DNA from: a virus
Taxonomy: Duplodnaviria > Caudoviricetes
Strand: one strand, 5' to 3'
DNA length: 64,000 bases
IMG/VR virus record: IMGVR_UViG_3300032283_000645
Coordinates: 7,009-71,008 of that record
In this document: in pieces, positions 27,320 to 36,241 of the stretch
Numbering within the stretch: the stretch's first letter is position 1
How the letters are laid out: every line of letters begins with the position of its first letter
Notes under the pieces: generated by a model
Databases searched by the model: none
What the model was told of the DNA's origin: nothing
What the model saw: the letters and a program-made list of their open reading frames with translations, nothing else
Made by a program: the position numbers and the translations under genes

Positions 27320-27343
27320 TTTCACTATATGTAAATAGTGAAA
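27320..27343. repeat. perfect 9-bp inverted repeat TTTCACTAT-N6-ATAGTGAAA
   Basis: Lies immediately after the portal stop codon; could be an operator or a hairpin. Confidence 0.6.
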
Positions 27344-29365
27344 CTAGTAAATTGAATTCCAAGCCTCGTTTGTCTCTTCAAGAGCAACTTCGTGACGGAT
27401 TTTTCCGTGAAGGTGTGTGTACATCTCAATGATGTCCTTCTTTAATGACTCATGTCGAGCCTCTTCGCCAGGAGTATTGACTGCATTGATAATCGCAGTC
27501 TTTACCTGACTAAACATATCGGAATTGAGTTGCTTAAGGTTCTCAATATGTCGGTAAACCTTGACATTGATTTCAAGTTGATTCCAAGTTGCGCTTGGTT
27601 GCTTTACTTCAATGGCATCTTTGACGATTGCCGACAGAACTGGCTTAATGTCTTCTTCTAGTTGTTTATTCCAAACATCTGGACTCAGGATTGATTCTGC
27701 TTCAAGGGTTCCAGCAAAGAGTGCTTTACGAGACTTGACTCCGTTTGCTTTTTCCATGACAACACGTTGCTGTCTTTCAAGAACTCGCTCAAGCGAACGG
27801 TCTAGAATTTCAACCCATCTATCCATGGTTCGTGATGGTTCTTCTGACTTGTAATTCATAACTGAACTTGCTGATGCCATACCCTCTGGGAGTGGGGCTG
27901 TTGCAGTTTCTGGAGCGCCAAGTGGTGGGGACATTTCTCCTGGAGGGGCACCAACGCCGCTCGTTGCAGCAGCCAATGCTCCAGCCATAGTGTTCGGGTC
28001 AAGACCCGCAGGTGGCGCACCTTCAACTGGTGGCACGCCTGGCGGCATTGCGCCCTCTGGTCCTGGTGGCATCCCTGGTGCTCCTGGAGCCCCTGGTGCT
28101 CCGCCAGCCATCATTGGTGGCTCTTCCATCTTCTTCTTGGTATTTGCAATTGGCGTCAAGTTTGGATTCATCAACAACGAATCAGCCAAGTCTGCATCAA
28201 CTTCTTTACGACCGCTCATAAGGCGATATTCGTTCACACTAATTAGACCTTGTGAGAGTTCGTCCTTGAGGTACCTTTCACGCTCCTGCTTGTAGAGCAT
28301 AAGAACAGGAACGAGACTCGTGTCAAAGTCAATGTAGTGCACAGGGTCAAGTTCATCAAGCGCGCGAGCAAGTGGTTCAAGATGAGGAAGCATTGTCTCT
28401 GTCCAGAACACTCGGATTTCTTCGCTTGCATTGCTAAAGGTTCTGCCAGCAGCATTACCGATTACTGTTTCAGGAACACCGAATGCTGCAAGAATTTCTT
28501 CTTTTGTAATCTGTCGCATTTGGATATATGCAGCATCACGTGGGCTTGCTGAAACATCAACAAAGTCAACACCATCATCAGCAGAAAGAACTGTGGTTCT
28601 TCCTGTTGTGGCAAGGTTCCCCCTGAATCTGCTCTTTAGTTCTTCCTTGTCATCGTCGTCAATTTCACCTTTGACAACAAGAAGGCTTCCTGGTCGACCA
28701 TCATTCATCAAAAAGTTTCGGTTGTACAGTTTTGCAAAGTTTTCAATCTCAATCGCAATACCGGCTGATTCCATTGGTGTTAATGAAAGGTAAGGGTCAA
28801 GCGGGTGTGGTCTTCTTACCCACACAACATCATCTGGCTTGAGGATTACTGGTTCGCCGTTAGGCATCATCACTTCGTATCCAGAGACAAACTTCTTTGG
28901 GTCTGGGATTGGCGATGTTGCCTGGGGTGGCAAAAGATTCAAACCAATGATGTCCCCATCGCGTCCACGAACCTTTTCAATAAATGCGCCGCGAGTTCCA
29001 AGAAGTAACTGCGAGGAAAGTCTGTAGCGGAAGATGAATGAGTTTTCACCAATGTTTGACTTTGTGTTCAAAACCTGAAGGAGTGTTGAGTCTTCTGCTT
29101 TTTTGCCGACAATGATTTCACCGTCAGGAGAATTGTCTTTTCTGAGAATAATTGGAAGCCTTGCTTGGTTTCCAGCGATTACATCAATACATCTAGCCAC
29201 CCAAGTGACTCGCTGCATTCCTTCTCTATAGGCACGCTCAATATCCCATGAGTCTTTATACGGTCTGCCAACAAATGATTGGTCTTGCGCTACGGGCGCG
29301 CCGGGTCCAATAGACTTGGTATTGATATTATTTAGGGCTTTATTTGAACCTGTGTTCCATGCCAT
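27344..29365 (-). CDS. portal protein, HK97 family, with Pro/Gly/Ala-rich linker and C-terminal helical extension
   Basis: VARCIDVIA..ARLP, LLLGTRGAF, LSLTPMESA, YNRNFLMNDGRP, RQITKEEILAAFGVP, FSNASE, LISVNEYR. Confidence 0.93.
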   Translation of the reverse strand: MAWNTGSNKALNNINTKSIGPGAPVAQDQSFVGRPYKDSWDIERAYREGMQRVTWVARCIDVIAGNQARLPIILRKDNSPDGEIIVGKKAEDSTLLQVLNTKSNIGENSFIFRYRLSSQLLLGTRGAFIEKVRGRDGDIIGLNLLPPQATSPIPDPKKFVSGYEVMMPNGEPVILKPDDVVWVRRPHPLDPYLSLTPMESAGIAIEIENFAKLYNRNFLMNDGRPGSLLVVKGEIDDDDKEELKSRFRGNLATTGRTTVLSADDGVDFVDVSASPRDAAYIQMRQITKEEILAAFGVPETVIGNAAGRTFSNASEEIRVFWTETMLPHLEPLARALDELDPVHYIDFDTSLVPVLMLYKQERERYLKDELSQGLISVNEYRLMSGRKEVDADLADSLLMNPNLTPIANTKKKMEEPPMMAGGAPGAPGAPGMPPGPEGAMPPGVPPVEGAPPAGLDPNTMAGALAAATSGVGAPPGEMSPPLGAPETATAPLPEGMASASSVMNYKSEEPSRTMDRWVEILDRSLERVLERQQRVVMEKANGVKSRKALFAGTLEAESILSPDVWNKQLEEDIKPVLSAIVKDAIEVKQPSATWNQLEINVKVYRHIENLKQLNSDMFSQVKTAIINAVNTPGEEARHESLKKDIIEMYTHLHGKIRHEVALEETNEAWNSIY

Positions 29366-29367
29366 AT

Positions 29368-29550
29368 TTATTCAAGACCTAACAAGAAGCCGACTATTCC
29401 ACATACCAAACCTGCAACTATCAATCCGGCTGGAGGGAATATTAAACCAGCACCGATTGCTGGTAATAGTATAAATGACATCATTAAAAAATTAGCGATA
29501 TAACTACGGTTTATTAAAACAAGCCGAATCTTGGCAAATATTTTTTTCAT
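29368..29550 (-). CDS. small two-helix membrane protein preceding portal
   Basis: Hydrophobic IANFLMMSFILLPAIGAGLIFPPAGLIVAGLVCGIVGFLLG; ATG at 29550. Confidence 0.7.
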   Translation of the reverse strand: MKKIFAKIRLVLINRSYIANFLMMSFILLPAIGAGLIFPPAGLIVAGLVCGIVGFLLGLE

Positions 29551-29618
29551 GCGCACTGTCCTACATTACCCGATTAATGTGCTCTAATCTAGAACAACAA
29601 TTTTTATTTGGAGACTAA

Positions 29619-30923
29619 ATGCCTGACTGGGGTGAAATTCTTGAGTACCTTGAACCCAAGGAACCGCTCTATTGCCCTGAAGAGGGTTCGTTAAATCAGA
29701 GAGCATTCCTTCGTTACTACGGGTTAGAAGCCCTCTTTGGTGGGGCTGCTGGTGGAGGCAAGTCTTCTGCTTTGTTGATGGCGGCATTGCAATATGTTGA
29801 CGTTCCTGGATACTCAGCAATTCTTTTCCGTAGAACATTTGCCGACTTGTCCCTACCTGGAGCGCTCATGGACCGCTTCAAGTCGTGGATTGCAAACCAC
29901 GACGATATCCACTGGAATAACAACAGTTTTCAAGCCACTTTCCCATCTGGAGCAAGAATCTCATTTGGTTACTTGAACAACACAGGCGACTACCTCAGGT
30001 ACAAGGGTTCAGAATTCCAGTTCATTGGGATGGATGAGGTTACGGAAATCCGTGAATCCGATTATCGCTATTTGTTCTCTCGTTTGCGTCGTCCTGCTGG
30101 TGGACCACTTTCTCAAGTTCCCCTACGAATGCGTTCAGCATCAAACCCTGCTCCCAATTGGGTTAGACAACGGTTCATCGTTGAAGGGAAGCAAGAGGGA
30201 AGAATATTCGTTCCTTCAAAGTTGACCGACAACCCAGGAATTGACGCGGTATCATACCGACAAGCCCTATCTGCCCTTGACCCAGTTGAAAGACGAAGAC
30301 TTGAAGAGGGAGACTGGTGGGCAACGACTCTGGGAAGCCTCTTTGACAGAACGTCAATGGTCATTATTGATGAAGGAGACATCCCTCAAATCACCTCGGC
30401 AGCCAGAGTTGTAAGATTTTGGGACTTGGCAGCAACTGAGCCATCTTCCAGCAACCCCAACCCCGACTGGACGGTTGGCACATTGATGATGTTTGACCAA
30501 GGTATTGCCTACATCCTTGATGTAAAGAGAGCCCGCGTTAGGGGTGAAAAAGTTGAAGCCCTAATCTCCCAGACCGCCTACGAGGACGGGAAAATGGTAG
30601 CCATTAGGATGGAGCAAGAACCGGGTTCATCTGGAAAGGCTCTTGTTGACCAATATGCACGTTACGTCCTTCCAGGTCATGACTTTCAAGGCTTGAGGGC
30701 AACTGGAGATAAGTTGACCAGAGCTAGACCATTTGCTGCAGCGGTGGCGAATGGAAATGTTCGAGTGATGCGAGGTGCTTGGCTAACTGCTTGGCTTGAC
30801 GAATTGTCCTCATTCCCTGAAGCCGCGGACCATGATGACCAAGTTGACTCTGCTGTAGGAGCTTTTACACATTTAACTGGCTTGGGGTTGCCTCAGCGGA
30901 AAAGAATCAGTATCATCGCTTAG
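29619..30923 (+). CDS. terL: terminase large subunit
   Basis: Walker A FGGAAGGGKS, Walker B FIGMDEVTE, coupling motif ASNP, nuclease motifs RFWDLAATE, EQEPGSSGK and HDDQVDS. Confidence 0.95.
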   Translation: MPDWGEILEYLEPKEPLYCPEEGSLNQRAFLRYYGLEALFGGAAGGGKSSALLMAALQYVDVPGYSAILFRRTFADLSLPGALMDRFKSWIANHDDIHWNNNSFQATFPSGARISFGYLNNTGDYLRYKGSEFQFIGMDEVTEIRESDYRYLFSRLRRPAGGPLSQVPLRMRSASNPAPNWVRQRFIVEGKQEGRIFVPSKLTDNPGIDAVSYRQALSALDPVERRRLEEGDWWATTLGSLFDRTSMVIIDEGDIPQITSAARVVRFWDLAATEPSSSNPNPDWTVGTLMMFDQGIAYILDVKRARVRGEKVEALISQTAYEDGKMVAIRMEQEPGSSGKALVDQYARYVLPGHDFQGLRATGDKLTRARPFAAAVANGNVRVMRGAWLTAWLDELSSFPEAADHDDQVDSAVGAFTHLTGLGLPQRKRISIIA

Positions 30924-30955
30924 GTACTAATGGCTATTCTTACTAAAGGAGCGAT

Positions 30956-31489
30956 GTGGACCTACATCATGCGGTTGTCAGTTTAGGCAAAGCTGTCACA
31001 GAATTAAATGAGTTAATAGAAAAAGAATTTTCTGATTCTCCAGACATGGACCAAAAACTCTTTAACAAGTATGCCGAAGCGCTAATTGAGCTTCATACCG
31101 TAAAGGCTGAATTAAAGGTTGCTTACGACTCATTTGCTTGGAAAGTCCAACCAAGGATTGATGACTACGAGCCATTAACCCTAGAGAACGGACTCATTGA
31201 AAAGAGTTACAACACTCGTCGAACTGGCTGGCAGCACAAAGACCTCGCCAGCGCAGTGGCGCAAAGGATTTCATCAATGTCTATTGATATGGATACTGGT
31301 GAAGTAAAAGCAAGTACAGAAGAAATGATTACAAAACTACTTGACTACATCCAGCCTAACTACTGGAAGGTCGGGGAGTTGAGGAAGATTGGTTTGAACG
31401 CAGATAACTATTGTCAAACCGGTGACACAAGAATAAGTCTTATTATCCGAAAGGGAAAGCAGGAAGAATCAAATGACTACGACGAATAA
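30956..31489 (+). CDS. hypothetical protein
   Basis: 177-aa ORF with AAGGAG RBS, upstream of the recombination genes. Confidence 0.75.
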   Translation: MDLHHAVVSLGKAVTELNELIEKEFSDSPDMDQKLFNKYAEALIELHTVKAELKVAYDSFAWKVQPRIDDYEPLTLENGLIEKSYNTRRTGWQHKDLASAVAQRISSMSIDMDTGEVKASTEEMITKLLDYIQPNYWKVGELRKIGLNADNYCQTGDTRISLIIRKGKQEESNDYDE

Positions 31490-32111
31490 CACATACCAAA
31501 ACCTATCCGAACCATTTCCGCAAGAGATGGAGCGAACCTTGAATAAGGGTGGAGCGAACCTTACCTACATTCCTGTAAGTGAAGTAATCAACCGTATGAA
31601 CAAAGTTCTTGGTGTTGAAAACTGGTCATTCACTGTCACATCTTGGCAACAACTTGGAACATCAATTGTCGCTCATGTGAGAGTGATTGCAACCATTGAC
31701 GACACTTCCGTAACACGCGATGGTGTTGGTGGACAGAAAATCAAGATGAACAAACAGGGTGAGCCAGTAGACATTGGTGATGAGGTCAAGGGTGCTGTAT
31801 CTGATGCTTTGAAGAAAGCAGTACAAACACTAGGTGTTGGTCTTTATCTCGCACGTAGCGAAGACGCAATGGAGATTGAGCAAGTAATGGATGCTCCAGC
31901 GCCATCTTCATCAGAGGTAGAGAACTTCAGTAAACTTGTTGGCATCACGAAAACATTTTCAGACGACCAGAAGCAAGCATTGAACCAGCGATGGGTTTCA
32001 ATTGCAGGCGATACACCAAAGCCTCGTAAGGCTGGCGATGTTTCTTCTGATTTGCTTGAAAAATTACTTACCGAAGCAGTTTCAGTATCGTTTAATGCAA
32101 CTGCCGTCTGA
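31473..32111 (+). CDS. Rad52/Sak-like single-strand annealing protein
   Basis: LTYIPVSEVINRMNKVLGVENWSF, RDGVG, KGAVSDALKKAVQTLGVGLYL. Confidence 0.88.
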   Translation: MTTTNNTYQNLSEPFPQEMERTLNKGGANLTYIPVSEVINRMNKVLGVENWSFTVTSWQQLGTSIVAHVRVIATIDDTSVTRDGVGGQKIKMNKQGEPVDIGDEVKGAVSDALKKAVQTLGVGLYLARSEDAMEIEQVMDAPAPSSSEVENFSKLVGITKTFSDDQKQALNQRWVSIAGDTPKPRKAGDVSSDLLEKLLTEAVSVSFNATAV

Positions 32112-32913
32112 GAGCGAGGGGACAATTGTCCCCCCACCGTATCTCTCGGCATCATCTATCGCCACATGGAAACAATGTCCACTTAGATACAAACTAAGTC
32201 GCATTGACAAGATTCCAGAGGGCACTAGCGAAGCTTTGTTGATGGGTTCGTTCGTACACGAGGTTCTTGAACACTTGTACAAGCAACCTGCCGCCGAAAG
32301 AACACTACTTAATGCAAAACAGATTTCGTCTTATATTTGGACTGTCAATAATTGGCAGGAACAGGTTGAGCAAATCATCCACACAGAGCAGGGAATACGA
32401 CAACTGAGGTGGAACTCTTGGTGGTGTATTGAGAATCTTTGGATAATCGAAGACCCAATGCACATTGAGCCAAGTGGTGTTGAGAACGAGGTTGGCGGTG
32501 AGATTGCCACTGGTGTTGTACTAAAGGGATTTATTGACCGTTATTCAATTTCTGAAAATGGTGGATTAAAAATCTCTGATTACAAAACAGGCAAAGCACC
32601 AAAAATGAAAAAGTGGCTGGAAGAGAAGTGGTATCAACTTTCAATCTATGCAATGTTGCTGGGCGAGGAGTTACAAAAGCCCATTGATGAACTTGAATTA
32701 ATATTCCTCAAAGAGGCTATAAAATTCACACATAAGCCAACACTCAAGGATATTGAAGATGTCAGACAGGACATCATAAAAACACATAAAGAAATTACTG
32801 AAGCTTGTGCGAGCGCAGAGTTTGATGCCAAGGTTGGAAAACTTTGCGACTGGTGCTCGTATCAGGGGATATGCCCAGCATGGGTTGGAAAGAAAAGAGG
32901 GAAAAGATGGTAA
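32095..32913 (+). CDS. RecB-like PD-(D/E)XK exonuclease with 4-Cys Fe-S/Zn staple
   Basis: SASSIATWKQCPLRY, GSFVHEVLE, LKGFIDR, ISDYKTGK, YQLSIYA, CDWCSYQGICP; ATG 32095 preferred over the track start. Confidence 0.9.
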   Translation: MQLPSESEGTIVPPPYLSASSIATWKQCPLRYKLSRIDKIPEGTSEALLMGSFVHEVLEHLYKQPAAERTLLNAKQISSYIWTVNNWQEQVEQIIHTEQGIRQLRWNSWWCIENLWIIEDPMHIEPSGVENEVGGEIATGVVLKGFIDRYSISENGGLKISDYKTGKAPKMKKWLEEKWYQLSIYAMLLGEELQKPIDELELIFLKEAIKFTHKPTLKDIEDVRQDIIKTHKEITEACASAEFDAKVGKLCDWCSYQGICPAWVGKKRGKRW

Positions 32914-33416
32914 TTGATAATGAGACATTTGCAAAAATGGTTGCTGAGGAAGTGAAGAACAAACTCTCTCCATCGCAAAGGAATACCCTCTTAGAGCAAC
33001 ACAATTGGGATAGATGGCAAGCGGCCCTCGTTGCACTGGCTGACAACCTCAATAATCAAATCATTTCAATTGATGCAGATTCTAATGCCGATACCCAGAG
33101 GTACTCGTCTTTTGGAAACGATGGAAATAAACTAATTGAGGAATCAGAAAATGCCTACAACAATCGCAAGAGAAAGATTGAGCGGTTTAAGTTTCACGTA
33201 GAGCGACGTCTTGATGATGTTACAAAAATGATTGAAACTGGAGCAATCGCAGAGAGCAATGGTTGGGAAGAAGTTTCTTTCTACCGGCGAGCAATTGTTC
33301 AACATAGGTTGATGTTGCAGGAATACGACCTTGAAGAAACATCAATTGACAGGGCTCTCTGGGCTGCACTTGACAAGAGGTGGGAATTTGACAAAGTTGA
33401 CTTGTCATCAATATGA
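32907..33416 (+). CDS. hypothetical helical protein
   Basis: ATG 32907 overlaps the upstream stop and has a purine-rich RBS. Confidence 0.7.
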   Translation: MVIDNETFAKMVAEEVKNKLSPSQRNTLLEQHNWDRWQAALVALADNLNNQIISIDADSNADTQRYSSFGNDGNKLIEESENAYNNRKRKIERFKFHVERRLDDVTKMIETGAIAESNGWEEVSFYRRAIVQHRLMLQEYDLEETSIDRALWAALDKRWEFDKVDLSSI

Positions 33417-33718
33417 TTCGCAAGCGCAGTGCAAAAAAAGAAGCAGAGTACAAACTCCGTAGACCTTTTGTTGAAGAGATATTGACGAAGTATCCAGCGT
33501 GTCAAGCCTGCCCAGTGTTTGCAGAACATGACAAAAAGAAGACGTATGTAAGAAACCGCTCGACCGATGTGCATGAATTGATTCGTCGCTCACAGGGTGG
33601 CTCAATACTTGACCCAGACAATGTTCTGGCTGTCTGTAGACCGTGCCACACAAGAATTGGTAATTATCCCCAACTTGCTTTTGACCTTGGTTTGGCGAAG
33701 CATGGGTGGGAGCGGTGA
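33413..33718 (+). CDS. HNH endonuclease-like protein
   Basis: CQAC...DVHELIRRSQGG...DNVLAVCRPCH. Confidence 0.8.
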   Translation: MIRKRSAKKEAEYKLRRPFVEEILTKYPACQACPVFAEHDKKKTYVRNRSTDVHELIRRSQGGSILDPDNVLAVCRPCHTRIGNYPQLAFDLGLAKHGWER

Positions 33719-33739
33719 TATATCTTAAACTTTTTTAAT

Positions 33740-33774
33740 ACTTGCATTTAAATATTTTTCACTAAATGTAAACT
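33740..33774 (+). promoter_or_regulatory. 21-bp-spacer promoter motif (AC-TTGCAT-N21-TAAACT)
   Basis: AT-rich intergenic site; counted directly. Confidence 0.6.
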
Positions 33775-33798
33775 GGAATTCCTTAGGACCGTTATAGG

Positions 33799-33836
33799 TG
33801 CAAAAGTCGGGTGGGGAAACTCACTCGGCTTTTGCA
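33799..33836 (+). terminator. 17-bp hairpin with GAAA tetraloop (terminator-like)
   Basis: TGCAAAAGTCGGGTGGG-GAAA-CTCACTCGGCTTTTGCA; fully paired when G-U pairs are allowed. Confidence 0.7.
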
Positions 33837-33859
33837 TGTTAACCGTTATGCTCTAGTTG

Positions 33860-34384
33860 ATGAAAATCCTTGCGCTTGACCTATCACTCACCTCAACTGG
33901 CTACTGCCATGATGGCGAAACTGGTGTGATTACTCCAAAAACCACTGGTGCTGAAAGGCTTTCTGATATCCAGAGAAAAGTTGCATTACTTGCACTCAAC
34001 TTTTCTATCAATGCTGTTGTCATGGAGGGGTATTCCTTTGCATCTCGGCACTCCCAAGCTCACTCCATTGGTGAACTCGGTGGCGTAATCCGATTATTGC
34101 TATTTGAGATGGAAATCCCATATGTAGTAATTCCCCCAACCTGCCGTGCGAAGTTCGCCACTGGAAAAGGCAATGCCTCAAAAAATGAAGTTATTTCTTC
34201 AATTTCTGCAAAAACCGGAATCATATGGAGCAACCCAGGTGGGGACGATAAATGTGATGCTTGGATTCTTGAGGAAATGACAAAAACTCACCTAGGAACC
34301 AGCAGTATTGATTGGCCGCAAATAAACAAAGATGCATTAAAGACGATAGATTGGTCACCACTCGAATTACTACGAAAGGACTAG
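33860..34384 (+). CDS. ruvC: RuvC-like Holliday junction resolvase
   Basis: ILALDLSLTSTG, VVMEGYSF, IGELGGVI, KFATGKGNASK, DDKCDA. Confidence 0.85.
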   Translation: MKILALDLSLTSTGYCHDGETGVITPKTTGAERLSDIQRKVALLALNFSINAVVMEGYSFASRHSQAHSIGELGGVIRLLLFEMEIPYVVIPPTCRAKFATGKGNASKNEVISSISAKTGIIWSNPGGDDKCDAWILEEMTKTHLGTSSIDWPQINKDALKTIDWSPLELLRKD

Positions 34385-34389
34385 CCGAC

Positions 34390-34725
34390 TTGAGAAGTTC
34401 ACCAATCAGTCAGGTTGATATTGAAGAGGAACTGTTGCGTCTTCTGGAATTACTTGAAGAACATACAGAAGCATTTGAAACCCTCGCAGAAGACAATGCA
34501 AAGAAAGAAGCAAGACTGAAAGCTGAATGGGCCAAAGAATACCTTTCAGCCAAGGGGTCAATCAAAGAGCGTGAAGCTTGGGCGGACTACAAACTTGCAG
34601 ACCAAGAATTTGAATCCAAGGTCGCCGAAGCACTAGTCAAAGCAAAGCGAGAAAAACTACTCTCTCTTCGTACGTCAATTGATGCACTGCGAACATTGAA
34701 TGCCAATGTCAGGAGTCAAGTGTGA
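34390..34725 (+). CDS. hypothetical coiled-coil protein
   Basis: TTG start after an AAGGA RBS; heptad-rich sequence. Confidence 0.65.
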   Translation: MRSSPISQVDIEEELLRLLELLEEHTEAFETLAEDNAKKEARLKAEWAKEYLSAKGSIKEREAWADYKLADQEFESKVAEALVKAKREKLLSLRTSIDALRTLNANVRSQV

Positions 34726-35483
34726 GCAATATCCATAAATCACTTCAAAGTTCATCTGTTGCTATTGACACCCTTGTTCATCTTGAGAACAATCCACGAC
34801 GTGGTGATGTTGATGCAATTATGGCTTCATATAGAGAGTTTGGACAAATGAAGCCGATTGTCGCTCGCAAGAACGAAGATGGAACTGCAACAGTTATTGC
34901 TGGTAATCATCAACTTGAAGCCGCCATTCGACTTGGCTGGAAAGAAATTGCATGTGTTTACATTGACGGTGATGAGGCGCGAGCAATTGCTTATGCCATT
35001 GCTGACAACAGGACAATGGAACTTGGGAAAACCGACGAGCGCCTCTTGTCTGAACTGCTTTTGGAAATCAACGATGAATACTCAGACCTTATTGATGACC
35101 TCGGATGGGATGAGTTTGAAATTGCTGCAATTGAGGAATTCTCCAATATTGATGAAAGCGAACTAGCAACAAGCACGACTTTTACCCCTCCGGTGATGAA
35201 TCAAACACCAGTTTCTCAATTAGTAAAAGAACTCAGGGCAGACGGAGAACTTCATGCAAACGATGATGTTGACCACAATGAGTTGGTTACGAAGGGGAGC
35301 ACTGCCGCGACTGGCTCAAAGTCTGCAAATGCAATAGTGCAATACACAATTGTCTTTGATTCAGTTCAACAACAGTCACGCTGGTATGACTTCATTAGAT
35401 GGCTCCGAAGTAATCCAAGCATTGATGGAAACACCACATCCGAGAGACTCATGAATTTTATTGACGAGCATTGCGAGATATAG
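34722..35483 (+). CDS. ParB/Sulfiredoxin-like domain protein
   Basis: NNPRRGDV, SYREFGQMKPIV, VIAGNHQLEAA, AYAIADNRT. Confidence 0.85.
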   Translation: MSNIHKSLQSSSVAIDTLVHLENNPRRGDVDAIMASYREFGQMKPIVARKNEDGTATVIAGNHQLEAAIRLGWKEIACVYIDGDEARAIAYAIADNRTMELGKTDERLLSELLLEINDEYSDLIDDLGWDEFEIAAIEEFSNIDESELATSTTFTPPVMNQTPVSQLVKELRADGELHANDDVDHNELVTKGSTAATGSKSANAIVQYTIVFDSVQQQSRWYDFIRWLRSNPSIDGNTTSERLMNFIDEHCEI

Positions 35484-35490
35484 GAATTTT

Positions 35491-35646
35491 ATGAGTGACA
35501 CAGATAAAGATTTTCGTATAGCAGAGCTTATTTATGAATCTGCTTACCACCAATTAAAGGCAAATCGCTTGGGTCGAGAAGTTGTAGAACTTAAAAAAGA
35601 AATTTTAAGACTTGAAGACGAAATAGAAAAATTAAAAACAAACTAG
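35491..35646 (+). CDS. small coiled-coil hypothetical protein
   Basis: ATG 35491; fills the gap between neighbours. Confidence 0.55.
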   Translation: MSDTDKDFRIAELIYESAYHQLKANRLGREVVELKKEILRLEDEIEKLKTN

Positions 35647-35648
35647 AA

Positions 35649-35948
35649 ATGCTGATTGGGGACAAGGTGTCGCAAAAGGGAACAATTGGACAAATTACTA
35701 GAGCTGGGAAAACAGAAGATTGTGTTTATGTAATCTGGCAGACACGAGACCCAGTTAATACGTGGTATGTAAACATCCAGGTTAATGGCAAGCTTGCGAG
35801 ATGCAAACTCCTGTCATTGATTGACAGAAGACCACATGAGATAAACAATGGATTCACCCAAGATGCATGGTCGTTTGAAATTATTGACGATAAAACTTTT
35901 TACAAAATCGCCAGTGGTGGCTTACCAATTCCACCACGAGACCTATAA
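35649..35948 (+). CDS. hypothetical protein
   Basis: 99-aa ORF in operon. Confidence 0.6.
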   Translation: MLIGDKVSQKGTIGQITRAGKTEDCVYVIWQTRDPVNTWYVNIQVNGKLARCKLLSLIDRRPHEINNGFTQDAWSFEIIDDKTFYKIASGGLPIPPRDL

Positions 35949-35965
35949 ATAGACAGGAGTGGCAA

Positions 35966-36238
35966 ATGTGGTGGAGTCCTTGGGTACTTCTTGTTGACCT
36001 TGATAGTGTAAAAATTGATGAAAAAATTAAACTAAAAGCAACTAAGTTGCGTGAAGAGTGCAAATCATTATTAAATCAAAGTAAAGCAGTTACTGATAAA
36101 TGGAAGATAATCAATAATACAGTTGTCATTTTGCAAACTGACAAAATTAAAAATGACGAAATTATGGTTCAGTATAAAAAAACCATGTTGAAACTGCAAA
36201 AACTCTTAAGTCCATGGCATGGAAAGCTAAGCCGATAA
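35966..36238 (+). CDS. hypothetical Lys-rich protein
   Basis: 90-aa ORF in operon; start uncertain. Confidence 0.45.
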   Translation: MWWSPWVLLVDLDSVKIDEKIKLKATKLREECKSLLNQSKAVTDKWKIINNTVVILQTDKIKNDEIMVQYKKTMLKLQKLLSPWHGKLSR

Positions 36239-36241
36239 ATC

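Noticed and set aside
29557-29618. 21-bp-spacer promoters in the portal/terL divergent gap
   Set aside because: Candidate -10 boxes (TAATCT, TAGAAC, TAATGT) have no matching TT[GC]C hexamer at 21 nt.
742-30923. Inteins or group I introns in nrdJ or terL
   Set aside because: Both have normal lengths with contiguous motifs and no HINT (C...HN) signatures.
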